A DNA stretch of 64,000 bases from Phallusia mammillata (taxonomy: Eukaryota): positions 6,820,001 through 6,884,000 of the forward strand of contig OZ281500.1 in the NCBI GenBank assembly GCA_965637545.1. The letters are read 5' to 3'. The notes beneath the pieces are model-generated. The model did not search any database, was not told where the DNA came from, and was given only the letters and a program-made list of their open reading frames with translations. Shown piece by piece: positions 33,624-48,600 of this stretch. Position 1 is the stretch's first letter. Each line of letters begins with the position of its first letter. Position numbers and translations under genes: made by a program.

Positions 33624-36600
33624 ATGCTAATGCATTACTCGGACGACGACATGACGCTTCACCGACACCGCGGCGATAAGGCAGATCCTGCTCGAACCCC
33701 GGCAATATGTCGAGGTGGATCGGCAGCCACGCTCAACACCATCGATGTTAACAGCAACGACGCGGAATTTTATGGGATTACAAATGAAGATGAAGGAATA
33801 GAAGTCATAGAACTTCCAGGTATGCTTAATGCTAAGTTGATTAAGGGTAGAGAAAGTTGGGACCATTTGCTGTTTGTTTTTGTGTTGTTACCTAATTTTA
33901 CTCGGTGTAGACCAGGCTGACGAGGTGACTGTTCATGAAACGCCAAACGAGTTGTGTGTTTACATTAAAGTAATCATTTATACTGTAACTTTACTTATTT
34001 CTGTTTTTATTATGCAATAGTCCTAAAATCCAGCCAATATGCACAATAACTCTGCTTTCTTCTAACTATTGAAATCAGCTGCCACGAACCACTATTACCC
34101 ACTAAAATGTTCATGGAAATAACAAGATAATTAGCAAGCGACGCTTGGAAGGGTAGCCAACCAGACTGACCTTTGGCGCATGCTATACGGGCAAATTGAA
34201 TAGGCCAATATCTGTTAAAATCCCAAAACAAAACCAATTAAGAAAAGTTACCATCAGCAAAAGCTAAACAAACTCATCGTGTTATGAAACAAGTTGTCGG
34301 CTTAACATATAGTATCTGCTAAACGATTTGTTAAACTTTTCTATAAAATATGCTCGAAGTGACTAATTGTTATTGCAACCGGTTCGAATTTTGTTACATG
34401 GTTGGTTTTGTTACAGGCAGATTTATGACATATATTGAGTCATTTTTTTCAGATATATACACAAATTGAGTCATTTTCTGATAAAACATAAAAACGTATT
34501 CGAGTTTATCAGAACAGTCATGGAAATTACCCAGCATTGTGTAGTTAACGTAGTCATAGATCATAGCGTGTTAGTTGTAGACTGCATTACGTAATTGTTA
34601 CAGTAAAATAATGTTTGTCGATGTTTTTAACAAGCTGTAATGTTGGTAACGTTCAGTTGTGTTGCGTTTTCAAATAAGGCAAAAATATAAAGTTGGTGTT
34701 GGTTTATGGTTGTTCGAAATAAGGTCCCCTAATATTTTTCCAGGATTGCAGACGCGCGTGTCACAAGCAAATTAAAGTGTTGTTTCTGAGAGCAGAGAAG
34801 TGCGCGGGTATTTGTAGAACTTGTTAACTGTAATAAAAAAGACCTAACGCACTCGAAGAGGGGTCAAACCGAAGGTGGTAAATTAACTTTGCATCAGCAC
34901 TTATGCATTTAAGATCGACCAGACGCTTACGCCACGCGGCACCTCAGGTTAAAAAGTGATCTAAAATATTTTCTGGTATTTGAACATTAAAAATCTCAAG
35001 CTGTAGGCACATTATTTTACGTCATGAGACATTAAAGTCTAATTTTTTCTTAGTTATGATTGGCAAATAAGCCAACTTCCACTTCAGCGAAAATCATGTT
35101 AGATCTGTGTTTGACCAACCTCAGACAGCGGTGCACTTTAAATAGGAACTGAGATTGCATCTTAGCTGCGGCATTTCCATTAGACGACCGACCTACTCGA
35201 AAATGTCACGCCTATTACTAAACTAATAATAATGGTTAGACATTGTTTTATACCGCCTCCTCAACCTTTACCAAAGTGTGACCTCTTGGAAAACCGCTTT
35301 TGACACATTCAGCAAATATATCTTGCAAACGCAAAGCGGATTAGCAACGCCCTTAGCGCTTTTCATTAGCTCCACAAAGGCTATTGAAACTTTAGGTCGG
35401 TGTTTAGTCAAGGAAATTGAATTTGCATAAAATGAGAAATCTTACGAATGCAATTTCCTTAACTGAACTGCAGAAATTTGCAAGGCTTTGGGACATAGGA
35501 GATTTTTCGTGGCAGCTTCATTTCACATCATCACAATAAAGTTCCTGGGTATGGTGTTGCAATTGACAGATTCATCATGAGAATTGCGGTTAATAGTTCT
35601 TTGAACATGAACATGCTCGCAGCTGTCAGATAGTTATCCTCATTAAAACTTTAGTGCTCATCAACTGCATTGAGGTTATACCAGGTCAGTGAAAACGGAT
35701 ATATCCTGTATTGATTGGTTAATGTCTGCCAGTGCCAGCGATCAAACGGACCGACATGTGTGTAATTACTAGGGCAAATATTGTTTGACTTGTCAAAAAA
35801 AGTCAAAATTTTGTCAAAATTTTTAGAATAGGTCAAAAATTGTCAAAATTGTTTACAAAGTCAAAATTTTTGCAAAGTTAAAATTGTTTACAAACTGCAT
35901 TGTCGTGGTGTTGTAGAGGTTGCACTGCCAGCAAACTATTCGTTTTACACCTTGTAGCCTACTTTATACTGTTGTAATTGGCCCATTGCCCCAATTATTG
36001 CAAATCATAGTTGTGTTTGTCTTAGCTGCAGTTTTTTGGCAATGATTTTTAATTAGCTCATTCCCTTTTCAGAATGGGTTAGGTCTATGTTCAGATTTTT
36101 GCCCTTCTCTTAGACTTTTGCACATTCTTTCGCTCTAGTTAGATTAGCCTAGTCATATTTTAACTTTTTGAACGATAATGCGTAATTTAACTACTTGAAT
36201 TCTTCATAGGTCAAAATTTTGTCAAAAAAAAGTTCTTTAAGGTCAAAATTTGTCAAATTTTTCAATTTGTAGGTCAAATTTTTTCGTTTTTTAGGTCAAA
36301 AAATAATTGCCCTAGTAATTACCAAAGGAATTGGTTGCTCATTGCAAAAAAGTCAGTTGGATTTGATGATTAAGACGGTTTTTTTCCTAATAAGACATGC
36401 GAACACGCAATTACCAAAACAAAAGGTTATTGGACCACGTTTAAGGGCGCATTTTTGTTTTATTTGTGCGCATGTGAGATATGCTCAGGGGCAGCAAATC
36501 GATTTGTAGTGATACCAATCGATCCTAAACAGCGCTGTTATCTATAAAGCACCACTAATTTACGACCCTTCTAACGGAAAGGGACCGACAAGAAATTAGC

Positions 36601-39600
36601 CCATGGTCATTGTAGAGGGGGGGTCGACCCTTATAAGACCCCAGCATCGACAATTGCAACACCACTTCTACGTCTATTTGGGTATTCTTACAAAGAAACA
36701 GATTTGTATAGCTGGAATTACTACAGGAACCAAATTTAAAACTGCTAATTTTCAAACAAAGACATTGAGGCCAAAAATACAGCATTGGTATGGCATTCAC
36801 ACTGCTGGTTTGTGTTTTAATGAGCCTGGGCTAAATTTAAAGAACCGCCATTGCACGTTTTAAATTTTATGCATGCAGGCTATTTTTTGGGCCGTGAGGA
36901 AGGTTGCGAGGGCGCATTACCGTTACACAAAGGTTCACATGTCGTAGCAATCACATTTTCATGGTGCCTACGTGAAATTAGACCCGTGCATAAAACGCGA
37001 CCGATCGTTTGATGGTCATTTGCCTTGCGAAAAAAGCCATAAATGTGAAATAATTTACCCATTACACGGGCAAGGGAAATTTAACATATGGCCGTTTCGC
37101 ACAGTTGAACCACATCCAATTAAAACTGTCAAAACGTGTCCACAGATATGGACAAACGATTCGTGCATATGACGTTCAGAAACGTCACACCAGGTTCACG
37201 CCATTCTTATGCAAGGGTATGTACGTGACAGCATAACAAAGTGTAACGCAACATCTGCTTTTGTCAGCGCTGTTGCTGCTGACGTCATTTAATATTTGGT
37301 GGCCTGGTGGCGTGACTGTCTTTTCTTGCATTGTATGATTTGCGCCCAATAGTGCAGCTAAGCCGTCCCCAATTTTCTGTAGCAAATTAAAACAAAAAAT
37401 AGGGACCACAAATGTAAATAGATGTAAATAAACTGGGATTGTCAAATAGTTGAACTGCAGCTGATTTGCAGGCGATTTACTTTGTCATTTGCTGCACATA
37501 TCGTGGGGTAGAAGCTCATTAGTTCAAAAAAGCTTTAGACATCGTCAAATCTTTTTGTGCCTTGGCTACTGTTGGTTATTTGTTTCGTAAGTTCGCAATG
37601 TAATTTGGTTTTAAGTCGTATGTGTAGGAAAATAGACAAATATATTCAAACCAGTGTTTTAAAGTTAAGACAGAAAAAGATCTTGTAAGTCTGTGTTTTA
37701 AACAATGGCGGTTTGCAGGCTAATACCGTGGTATTGTCAACACGACGATCATGTTAAAGATAAGTGCCCCCGTCTTAATTTGTAACGCATATCCACATTT
37801 TTGCCAGATCGTTTTAGGGCGTTTAGTGCATGTTGGAGGTACGATTTGTATAACCGGCCCGCGGGTCAAAACTGTTTGGCCCTCGAGTCTGAAAAACGTT
37901 TTGTTATAAGACCCAAAACGTTACGGGATTTTTAATGCAATTTTAGACTTTAGTTTTGAGAATGGCAGAAAAAGGCTACCACACAATACATACGTAAACC
38001 TTGCGTTTATATTTTAGACGTCCCCCTGTCGACAATACGCACCCTTAAGCTCCCATGTGATGACACTGATACGGAAAATCTCACATTCGAGAAGTGTCCG
38101 AACGTCGTGAACACCGACCGTGCGCTAACCAACAGTGTGACATCATTCGACATGACGTCATACGACCAACAGAGCGATGAAACAAGCGTAAACGAGTCTT
38201 ACGTGTCTTCGACGTTGGTCGCTGAATCTGAAAGTGAAAGTAACGAAAATGAGGTAGACTCTGCTGCTTTGAAAGGTGCTGCTGTTTTGGCAAAGATATG
38301 GAAACAAAAGTCCTCCGAAAGCATAGTTGACAGATTGCAAAGCTCCAACCCAGGTGGAAATAACCGATGGAAAAACGCCGTAAGTTTTGTTAGGTTTGGT
38401 GATGATGCGTGCTGAATTATACCTTGCATGGGCTTATCCTAGACCTATATTTTCATCACCAAAAGGGAGGACACGTTCCCGACAAAGAATATTAACACTT
38501 ACTTTTGTTCCCAAGAAAATAAAAGCACAAGATATCTGACGCATTTCACGCATTCAATTATTATAGTCCGATTTGAGTGAAGTTTAACTTACCATAAATC
38601 GTGAATTTCAATTAAAAATGAACACAACTTACACTCTTTGGTCGGTTATAGGGAACAACTGTAGTTTAGATATTTGCCAAATACAGAAAATCCAAAAAGG
38701 AGGACATTCGGGCATTTTTTATTGTCCCTGGAGGACAACTTACTTTTTGTTAAAAAAGACAAGTCCTCCAAAAAGAGGACGCATGGTAGGCCCAGCTTAT
38801 CCATATAACTGAATATGTAAAGTTGACTATACTGCACATCGTTTCATAGGAAGCGATTTTTATAGTTTCTTGTCGGGTATTTACGTAAGCCTGGCTTAAG
38901 CATTCAAGAATTGAAAAAGTGAAGGTTTATTGTAGGCAATGCCCATGATTTGTCGGTTTATCCTGTGTATGTAATTACAGGTCCGTATGCTGGCAACAAA
39001 TCAACAAAAATCTTATTCCGACCAAGAAAAAATTACTGCCAACCCCGAAACGATAAAAAATATCAACAGGTACAAAAATATCAAAAAGGTTATAAATATT
39101 CAGGTTATATTTACTTTTAGTACATTCAATTCACTCAAGCCATATTGCACATTTGGCTAACACCTGTAATATCGTACATCAGGGATATACAAAAAGGTGC
39201 GGACCGGGCCAAGCGGAAGATAACACCACGACGAGATTTGTTATCAGTGGACAGAAACCGGGTTGTTCCGCAACAAACTGCAGCGAGTGAAGTAACACTT
39301 GACAATGTCGGGCCGAATTCATTTGAATCGACCCCGGTTTTCAGCAGTGGGGCCAACGATAACCTACGCTACCGCAGTGCAGGTCGCACGGTCCGTGGGA
39401 TAATTATTCCTTCCTTCGTGAGTCAGTTTTCACCACCAGAGCTCGAGGATTTATACAATCGATATTTTCTGGGTGAAAAGCGTGTGCTGCAGATTGCCAT
39501 CAACCTTATAGCAAGCGCAGTAATGGTGAGATATCGGACCCAAGGGTGTTGCTTAACAGCTATACATGCTTCATGTTCGTTTAGGCGTTGCATTCTCTTC

Positions 39601-42600
39601 TTATAGCTAATGTTCCCGTATGCACAAGCGTCTAAACTGAAAACATATGTTTGTACGGTCTTTAAGAATAAAAAACCAACACCATATTTGTCACAACATT
39701 TTTGTTTGTTCTGTCTTGTGAGTAAGAAAATGCAGAGAAAAAAACACCCTCATTTATATATTTAAACGCTTTAGCCTTGATCTAAGGAATTTATGTTGTC
39801 TTACTCCAGGCCATTTTCCTATCATATAATATTACTAACCTACGAACCTTTTTTTGCAGATCATTATAATTATTTTGTACTCTGTTTTTGATCTGCTTAC
39901 CTTATACAAAGGCTTCATGTACGGCATTCCAGCCATTTTTTACCTTCTTGTCATAATCATCGCCGTTTGTTTCACTTCAAGCCAACGCAAGCGTTCCCAC
40001 TTGTATTTAAGGTAAACTGTTTTATATGAGTGTGTAAACGAGATTGATAAGTACCCGTAGAACTAGACCTACCATACGTCCTCTTTTTGGAGGACATGTC
40101 CTCCTTTTTAACAAAACCAAGTTGTCCTCCGAGGACTAGAAAAAGTACCCAAATGTCCTCCTGTTCAAAGAATTCTGATTTACCAACTACATAAGTGACA
40201 ATTATGCCTTTGAAAACAGCCAAATATTAATATCAGCTTAGTTTTTGAAGAATCCAGGTGGATTTACATTTTTTTGTGAAAAAAACAAAGGCTCAAGTAT
40301 TTTTCATTTTTTTAGCTTAATGTTTTTACATCAACAATTTTGAAAATGACCGTTGTAGTTTCATTTGTAGTCGTGCCCTTCCATTGACTTATTGTGCTGA
40401 TGTTTATTTGACTGGTACGAAACTGGCACTGATCAAACTTGCCAGGTACAAACCTTTTTGGACAAGCAAATATGTCACCTGTCCCCAAACTTGACACATT
40501 GCCTAATATATGGCCTCAAACAATACCGCACCATTGAAGACTGATGCTTGGGCATGTTTGCTTATGGCGGAGAATTCGCAAGTGACACTTGAAATCTTTC
40601 TTCAGGTTATGTGGCTTGCTCACGTGGTTCAGCATAACGGCATTCGACCAAGCCCTCATCTACTTACAGTCCAGTGAAAATAACACAAGTTTAAACGCCA
40701 TTTCGGACGGCTTCTCCCATTTACTGTTCCTTGTATTTGTCACATACACCATGCTGCCCATTCCCCTGTACTGGGTAAGTGACCTTTATATCGAGTTGGC
40801 AAACGCAAACAAGCGACAAGTTACCAAACATGTAGTAGTTTTTACGATGTTGATCCTGAGTAGTTAATGAGTCCGTATTTTTGTTTAAGATGCGCAAACA
40901 GAAATAATCTTAATTAAAAGCATCCCTGCGTGGTTTTTTATTTCGCCTAAAATACATTTGCCTTTTTTAAATTGTATTTCATAGGCTATGATTTGTACCA
41001 CCATATCGACGATAGCAAATATTCTGGGCCGAACGATTACATTCAGCACAGCCGGCGTTACCTCGGAAACGGAAGAGTCAATTCCCACCACGTTAAGCGT
41101 CAACGAAAACCCGGAATCACCTGGACCGGGACGCTTCTTTGCAACACATGAACAAGCGTTGCTTCATATTCGAGACCGAACTGCTTTCACCACCGACTTT
41201 GGTTCCACACCCGTCGGTGTAAGGACTTACCCGCAAAGCGATTTTATTGCAAAAACTTCGGAAAATATGTCTGCGATTGCAACGCCTACGCAGAGTCCAG
41301 CTGACGTCAGCACTTTGGGATATCACGTGGCAGCATTGGTGGTCACGGTTCTATGCGTTCACATTGTTGGAATCTGCACGAGTTTTTTGATAGACCGGGC
41401 AAGGCGCGGAGCTTTCTTGGAGACTCGGCAATGCATCGGAACTCGCATTAGACTTGAAAGGGAAAACCACAACCAGGTAGGCAGTGCCGAGAAAATACTG
41501 TTATTGCCTGTAGGCTAATTGTATCATTAGGCTACAAAGATAGCTGCTATAACGTTATATACCGTAGAAGGCACCATGGTCAAGTTAAAACCGTACACGT
41601 TTAGTACAAGTTTTGTTGCCCGTGTATGTTGTTATGTCTGTGGGGGCTTGCTACAGTATGTTTTAGTTGCTGTGTTATACTTTCGTTTGGCTAAACTGGT
41701 ATTGTTGTGGTGCCCTAAATCCTAGCTGCGTTGCTAAGCAACATTGTTTGCATTTGCCCTTGACCCAACCCTTCAATGGCGCGATGAGCTATTGATCATA
41801 AAAGGCCTCTGTTTACCACCTGATTATTCATAACCTACGCAAACATCGTTAGGTAATTTTTGAGACGGATTAAACGTTTTCGCTGCGCTTGGCCGAATGG
41901 GATCAATATTTCGTGGAAGAAGCGGCATTGATTTGACCATTGTGAGACGCACGTCTCCGATTTGATTCGAGAAAAACAGTCATAAATTATTAATTCAAAT
42001 TAGAGTTTGCGACCAAGTACAAAGCCCTTTGAGAATATGCCTACGGTTTTAGTTATTCTATTTTTGTTTGAAAAAAATTAAACAAAACACCAAAGGCGTT
42101 ATATGACTGTTAAGATGTGTAGAACGTCCAGAATTCTTTCAACTTTTTGCGTTTCATCGAACAGGAGCGGCTTATACTTTCGGTGATTCCCCGATTTATA
42201 GCGCTTCAAATGATCAACGATATTTCCAGCGATCCTCAAGATGTCGCCACAGTGCGTGGAAGTTTTGCTGCAAAGTGGAATCCCCGTAATAATCGGATTT
42301 ACATCCAGAAATACGACAATGTCAGGTAGGAGACATACTGCCCATTCAAAGTTATTCCTGATAAAGGCGACTTGTATAGGACGTCGAAACGTTGGTACAA
42401 AAATGCAATTGCCAGAAGAGCACTATAAAGTTGATATTATGCCTGACAGCAACAACTAATATATAGTACTTAAAAGTAAGGCCCCGTCTGATTACAAAAC
42501 GTGTGCTTTATGTTGAAAAACTGGAAATACTAACAATAGCAAACAAGTATTGGTTTTAGGGCAGTGGTGGCCAAACTACGGGCCGCGGGCCGCATCCGGC

Positions 42601-45600
42601 CCCCAGTCCTGTTTCATCCGGCCCGCCAAACACCTTGCCTGGTTTTTTTCCAAGCACCATATTTACCACTGTGAACATATATAAACCTTTTATTAAATAC
42701 AAGTGTAAACAAGATGGTGTTATTTATTGTTATTCTTCTACAATAATATATATTTTAATAAAGATGGCAACCAGTTACGACAAATTTTACGTAAATCTCA
42801 TTTAATCCGGCCCTCCAGTGGCAAGACAGTTGCAAATTTGGCCCTCTGGTAAAAAAGTTTGGCCACCCCTGTTTTAGGGTAAAAACAAACAAAGAAAAGT
42901 TTGGCTCATATGGCATTTGTTTGTGGCAGTATCCTGTACGCGGACGTGAAGGGATTCACTGAACTTTCCACACATCTCACAGCACAAGAACTGGTCGCAA
43001 CTTTAAACGAACTCTTCGCGCGATTTGACGGGTATGTGAAGTCCAGAAAGGAAGTTCAATGTTTACGTTACATAATTTTGAAATTCAAATTCAAAAAACC
43101 TCGAGGAAAGCAAAAACTTCGAGTAATGCAAATTCCGATTTTTCCGTGCTTATGAAGCTGCAAATTATCCGTTTACCGTTAGTAAAATATTTGTTGACAA
43201 TCCCACAGACTTGCTCAAAGACACAACTGCTTGCGAATCAAAATACTCGGTGACTGTTACTACTGTGTGTCCGGCCTTCCGGAACCAAGCCTCGACCATG
43301 CGCACTCATGCGTGGAAATGGCGCTCGATATGATTTCTGCTATCAAGAAAGTCGGTTCAGCTTTCAGCAGGGAGCTGGACATGAGAATAGGTAAAAAACA
43401 GATCCGTTTTATGTGTTAGCAACGCTGTTAAGTCCCAGTCTGGTTTTAATGTTCTGTTATGTACAGGAATTCACACAGGGTCGGTGTTGTGCGGGGTTAT
43501 TGGTCATCACAAGTGGCAGTTTGACGTCTGGTCCACCGACGTAGACATTGCAAACAAGATGGAGGCAGGGGGGATACCTGGACGCGTGCACATCTCTGAG
43601 TCAACTTACAACTGCCTTGGCAATCATTACGAGGTTTATGTTTATTGTGGGCAGAAATCCCATAGTTTTAATTTTGGATAACAATGGCTGAACACCAAGT
43701 AATGACTTTCACAATACATTTTGGCCACTTTTACACCGATTTTGCAGCTTTTTGACCCAAACAAAACTGATTCTCGCAGGTTGAAGATGGCAACGGTGGT
43801 TCACGAAACGATTATCTTCGAGAACATGACATTAAAACTTATTTGATCGTGGATCGTCGAAAAGCGAATCGAGTCAACTTCAGTTCCCAGCCAATCAAAC
43901 CCGTCCCTAGCACCACTACCACGGTAATAAAGGAAAATGGGACTTCACAGTTGGAACGTGGGACGGAAACCGAAAGCAGCTTACAAGATAAGGTAAATTT
44001 CGTAAAACAAGCAACAATTTATGTTTAAACGCGTTGTTTGGGTGACATAAATCGCCGATCAAAATGAAAATACACTGAGCAGAAATTGGGTTATTAGTGT
44101 TTGTATCCCAATTTTCCTAGTAGTAAATAAAAAAATGGTTATTTGTAACACTATACACGGATCTGTTCATAAGTTTAATGACGAATATAACGGCCTGAAT
44201 AGACGTACAAAGCGACATGCAAAAAGATAGAACGTTTAATATTCAAACGTTTTTTGGCAAATGCTCATGTCACCCCAGTTACACCCGTTTATAACCACTT
44301 GAGTCACATAAAAGATTAATTAGAAGGTGTGAGACCAGCTTTGTTGTTTGTATTTTCAGAAGTTATCCTTAGCGAACGGCATCCATGTACCTTCGCTTTC
44401 ACAAACATCTGAGAGCGGCGGTAACACACTTATCGCCAATGGCAACGGTTGGTTATTGATTTACCGCAGAACAACACAGTTTTTAGCTGCAACTATTTCA
44501 ATCTGCAGGAAACGCAGTGATTGTGACGAAAGGGGGACCAACATTAACTCCACCACCACGCCAACGTAGCAGTGGAAAGTTAACGAGGTTTTTGTCCAGT
44601 TTGAGGAGGGGAAGCAGCGCATCTGTGAAGGAACTTGATGGTATTCATCAAGGCGTAGTTATCTATTAGATCCGAAATACATTCAGCTAATAGGCAAACG
44701 ATTAAATGTGTAAAGGGCCTGAAATTGGGTGAACCCAAAAGTACAAACCCTAAACCCGGTCCGACCTCATTTGAAAATAACAAATTGGGTCCGAAGTTTG
44801 ATCAAATTGTCCAAATGAAGTAAAGTATAATGTCCGTTTTATTTAAGGCAAAACAAGTCCGTTTGACTCAAACGTATAAGTCCTAACCCGGCCTATACCA
44901 AAACCGGATCCGAAACGGCCTGACTTACACTTCTGTAAACGATAAACACTGATACCGTGTACAAACATGTGTCTTTATCAAGATTTCTTTACTTATGTTT
45001 GTAATTTCAAGGTGTTTATTCTGCGGAAACAATCAACAACTCCGAGATGACTGGCAACAACGACGTTTTCAACTCGGAAACGAACACTCCCCTTTCGAGC
45101 GGGTTTCTTCCCCGTAGATTTGTGTGGGGCGAAAGCGACAACGTGCGTCGTTCGGCTAAAAAGCGACACTTGGCCGAGGTGTCATGGAAACCTGAAATTC
45201 CTTTTGCAAACATTTTACGGACGCCACATATTAAGCCAAAGAAAAGAGCGGTATGATACTGGTTTTATACGCTTTATTTTTGGCCCACATGTTGTTATGT
45301 TCCGTATCGATCGATGTATACTATGTTATACAACGTGGATTGATGGTAGATAACGACACTAAATGTTACAACACAGCATATCGATTCTTTAATGAACTCT
45401 CCCGAAAATAGAGTTTCACTTAACTTTTAAACTTGACTGATGAATATAATAAAAAACGAGGGGTGTGTACACGAAACTGACACGTACATCCGCAGGTTCA
45501 ATCAACCCAAAATAGTATCCGAAGCTTTCTCGTGTGGGTTTAACAATCTCCCCTATAGGACATGCCCATTAATGGTGCCATACTTACTGCAACCGAATCT

Positions 45601-48600
45601 GTAGTGTGCTTTACCAAGCCTTTCATTTGCAGCACGCCATTGCGGCGCTCAAGGAAGCAGCTTCAGCCACTCTGCTCCCGAAAAGTTTGGCTCCTTCGCT
45701 CCCACGCCGCTCCGACTACGATGAGATTAACAGCCGACTGGAGAGAGATATTCTGGGGCACAAGGGAAACGCGCTAGGAGAACGTCACATTACTGGCAAG
45801 TGAAAAATAAAGTTTACGAGGCGCAACCTAAAAGTCAAAATGAACAGTTGTGTTTATTCACACAATACAGAATCGTTATGAGAAAAAAGCTTGTACTACC
45901 GAAATAGCAGCAAAGCATTTCAGAAATATGTTCACTTGTGACACACAAACTACATGTAGGCCTTCCTTACAACGGCTTAGTGACACTTTACATCAGGGGT
46001 GGGCAACCTGCGGCCCTCCATTAAAGCTTGTGCGGGCCACAGAGACGCTTGGATTTCAAAAGTGCTGGCAAACGAGTCCAATTTTTGAGCTGATTAAAGC
46101 GCCTGATGCTAGTTTTCTGCGATCTGGCAAAATGTGGCTAGAATCAAATACGAAATATACTACGTAGCTAAGCATATTTGGTAAGAAACAAAACAAAATC
46201 ACTTTGTGTGATGCACATGTGCGGCCCTCGATCCGATTTTGACATTTATAATTGGCCCTACAGTAACAAAGGTTGCCCACCCTTGCTTTACATGCATATT
46301 GCCAAAGCACGTTAATTTCCCGAGAGTTGCATTGTTTGGCGTAGGTGGATTTGCATGTCCTGTGTCGACTATTATCAATTTGATTCATATGCTTTAATTA
46401 CAGCGATAACGGGATTGTTTCGAGACAAGCATCTCGGCATGAAGTACTCGATGCTCAGAGATGAACTTTTCAAGTCCAACATTCTTCTTTCATTCATTAT
46501 TATGTTGTTTATGACCATAACCGGATTTTTAATTACGCCCGTTTCGTAAGTACACATCTTTTGTCTATCAGTTTCAAACAGTAGATGTTTTGTATTTACC
46601 ATTCTGTAGACCCAGAGTGGCAATAATTTTTTTTGCACTTGTCGTTCGATATAAAGCAGAAGGAGAATTAAACAACATCGTTGGAACAAAAATTATATTG
46701 CCTTATCGGCACACCTTTATTGCTGTTAAAGCTTAGTCTTCTGTGTTGTAGGTTTAATCAGTCCTACATCATGATTGGAGTCTTCTTTCCTTTGTTATTT
46801 TTTCTCCTTCTCTTCACGTTCGCGGAGGAGTATCCATCTCTTCCTCGTTGCCTGCGATCCCTAAGCTGCTTCATCCAGGAAACGCAATACATCCGCTACA
46901 TGGTGATGACAGTCGTTATTATCATAAACCTTGCTTATGCGGTCTCTGGATTGGTAAGTATTGCTGTCTTGTTTCGCGTTATATGTATACAGGCTGTGTT
47001 GTGTTATTTCCGCCACTAATGGTCAGCCTTTCGCCTTGTATACGTGTAACAACCTTCTGTTAGCTCGATACAGTAATCTTATTTATAGGGTCAATTATAC
47101 AGTAAATATTACTCAGAGAGCTAAATAACTATAGAATTTGGGCTACAATGTTGCAACGTGACAGGTTACGTTTTTACAAAAAAAAATTCAAAATAAGTTT
47201 AGAAGATGGGAATCTACTTTTTTTACCTTTTCCCCTCAGCTCACGTGCTCGTACGATACACTGAACCCGTACACAATCAATGCAACGTGCACTGACGCCA
47301 ACAATGCAAGTAGGATTGTGCAGATCACGTACTACAACGTGCCCGACAACACTGTCTGTAACTACCCCACGGTAAGGCTGTTACAAAACAAAAAATATTG
47401 ATCTATTATAATCACAAATTAAAATCATGAAGTCTTGCAATAATTTAAAACTATGTCAATCCAAATTGCTGGATCCTTATCAATCCAAGCACGTGGTTAA
47501 ACATTTGAATGTTCTCGACAAGTATTTTTGTATTGATTGATTGTTACTTGCTAAAAATAACCTCGATGCATGTGTCTTTCTCAGTATTTCTTTATGAATG
47601 GAATGCTGGCGTTGATCACGTGCGCCTGCTTTCTACGTGTACACAGCTTCATACGGATGGCGGGTCTCGCTGTGGTCTGCCTCGCATATTATGTCATCCT
47701 CCTTGCCACACATAAGAATATCATTACTGATGCAATAACACGAGTTACCTTAGAGGACGACCCTTGCGCGTAAGTTCACTGTGGTTTTCATAGGTTGATA
47801 AATCCTCGGGTAATTCTATTAGAATAATCTACTGATGATAACTACTACTGAGGTGAAATATATATCTCATAAATAAACGCTGGGTGACTTTATAAGCTTA
47901 TTAAAGATGTACATGTAATAAAAACTAATTTACAAGTGGTTGACTTGTATTTAGACCGCCGAAGAGTGAGTGGGTGGATATTGGAGAAAAACTAACGCTC
48001 CTGAGTCTGTTTGCTGGAGTCCTGTACTACCAAGGTCGGCGCATGGAATACGCCAGTAAACAGGACTTTCTGAGAAAACTGCAGGTAGGTACTCTACAAA
48101 TTCAACTGGGTATAGCCTCATGCAAAAGAGTGTGCTACAAAACTTTAGAAACAAAATAATACAAACTAGTGACCTGCCTAAGCATGCGTTTTATCTTCCA
48201 GGCGAAGGAAGAGGTAAACGGTATGCAGAGTTTACAGGGTCACAACTACCAGCTCTTGCGCAATATACTTCCTGAACACGTAGCGCGTCACTTTCTCGGC
48301 CAAAACAAGAACCACGAAGTCAGTACCATAAAGCTTTTAATACCCTGATGTAACCACAGAATGCCACAATGACTATTTTTTACAGGAGCTTTACTCACAG
48401 GCGCACTCTTGTGTCGGAATTATGTTTGCGTCCATCGTCAACTTTTCGACTTACTACTCGCAGATGGAGGAAAATGAGCAAGGCATAAAGTGTATGAAGC
48501 TGCTGAACGAAATCATATTCGACTTGGACAACGTGAGTACATGGTTTAATTAATCGGTGGCAAATAGCAAGTCTGAATAATTGTCAACTCCGTCTCCTTA

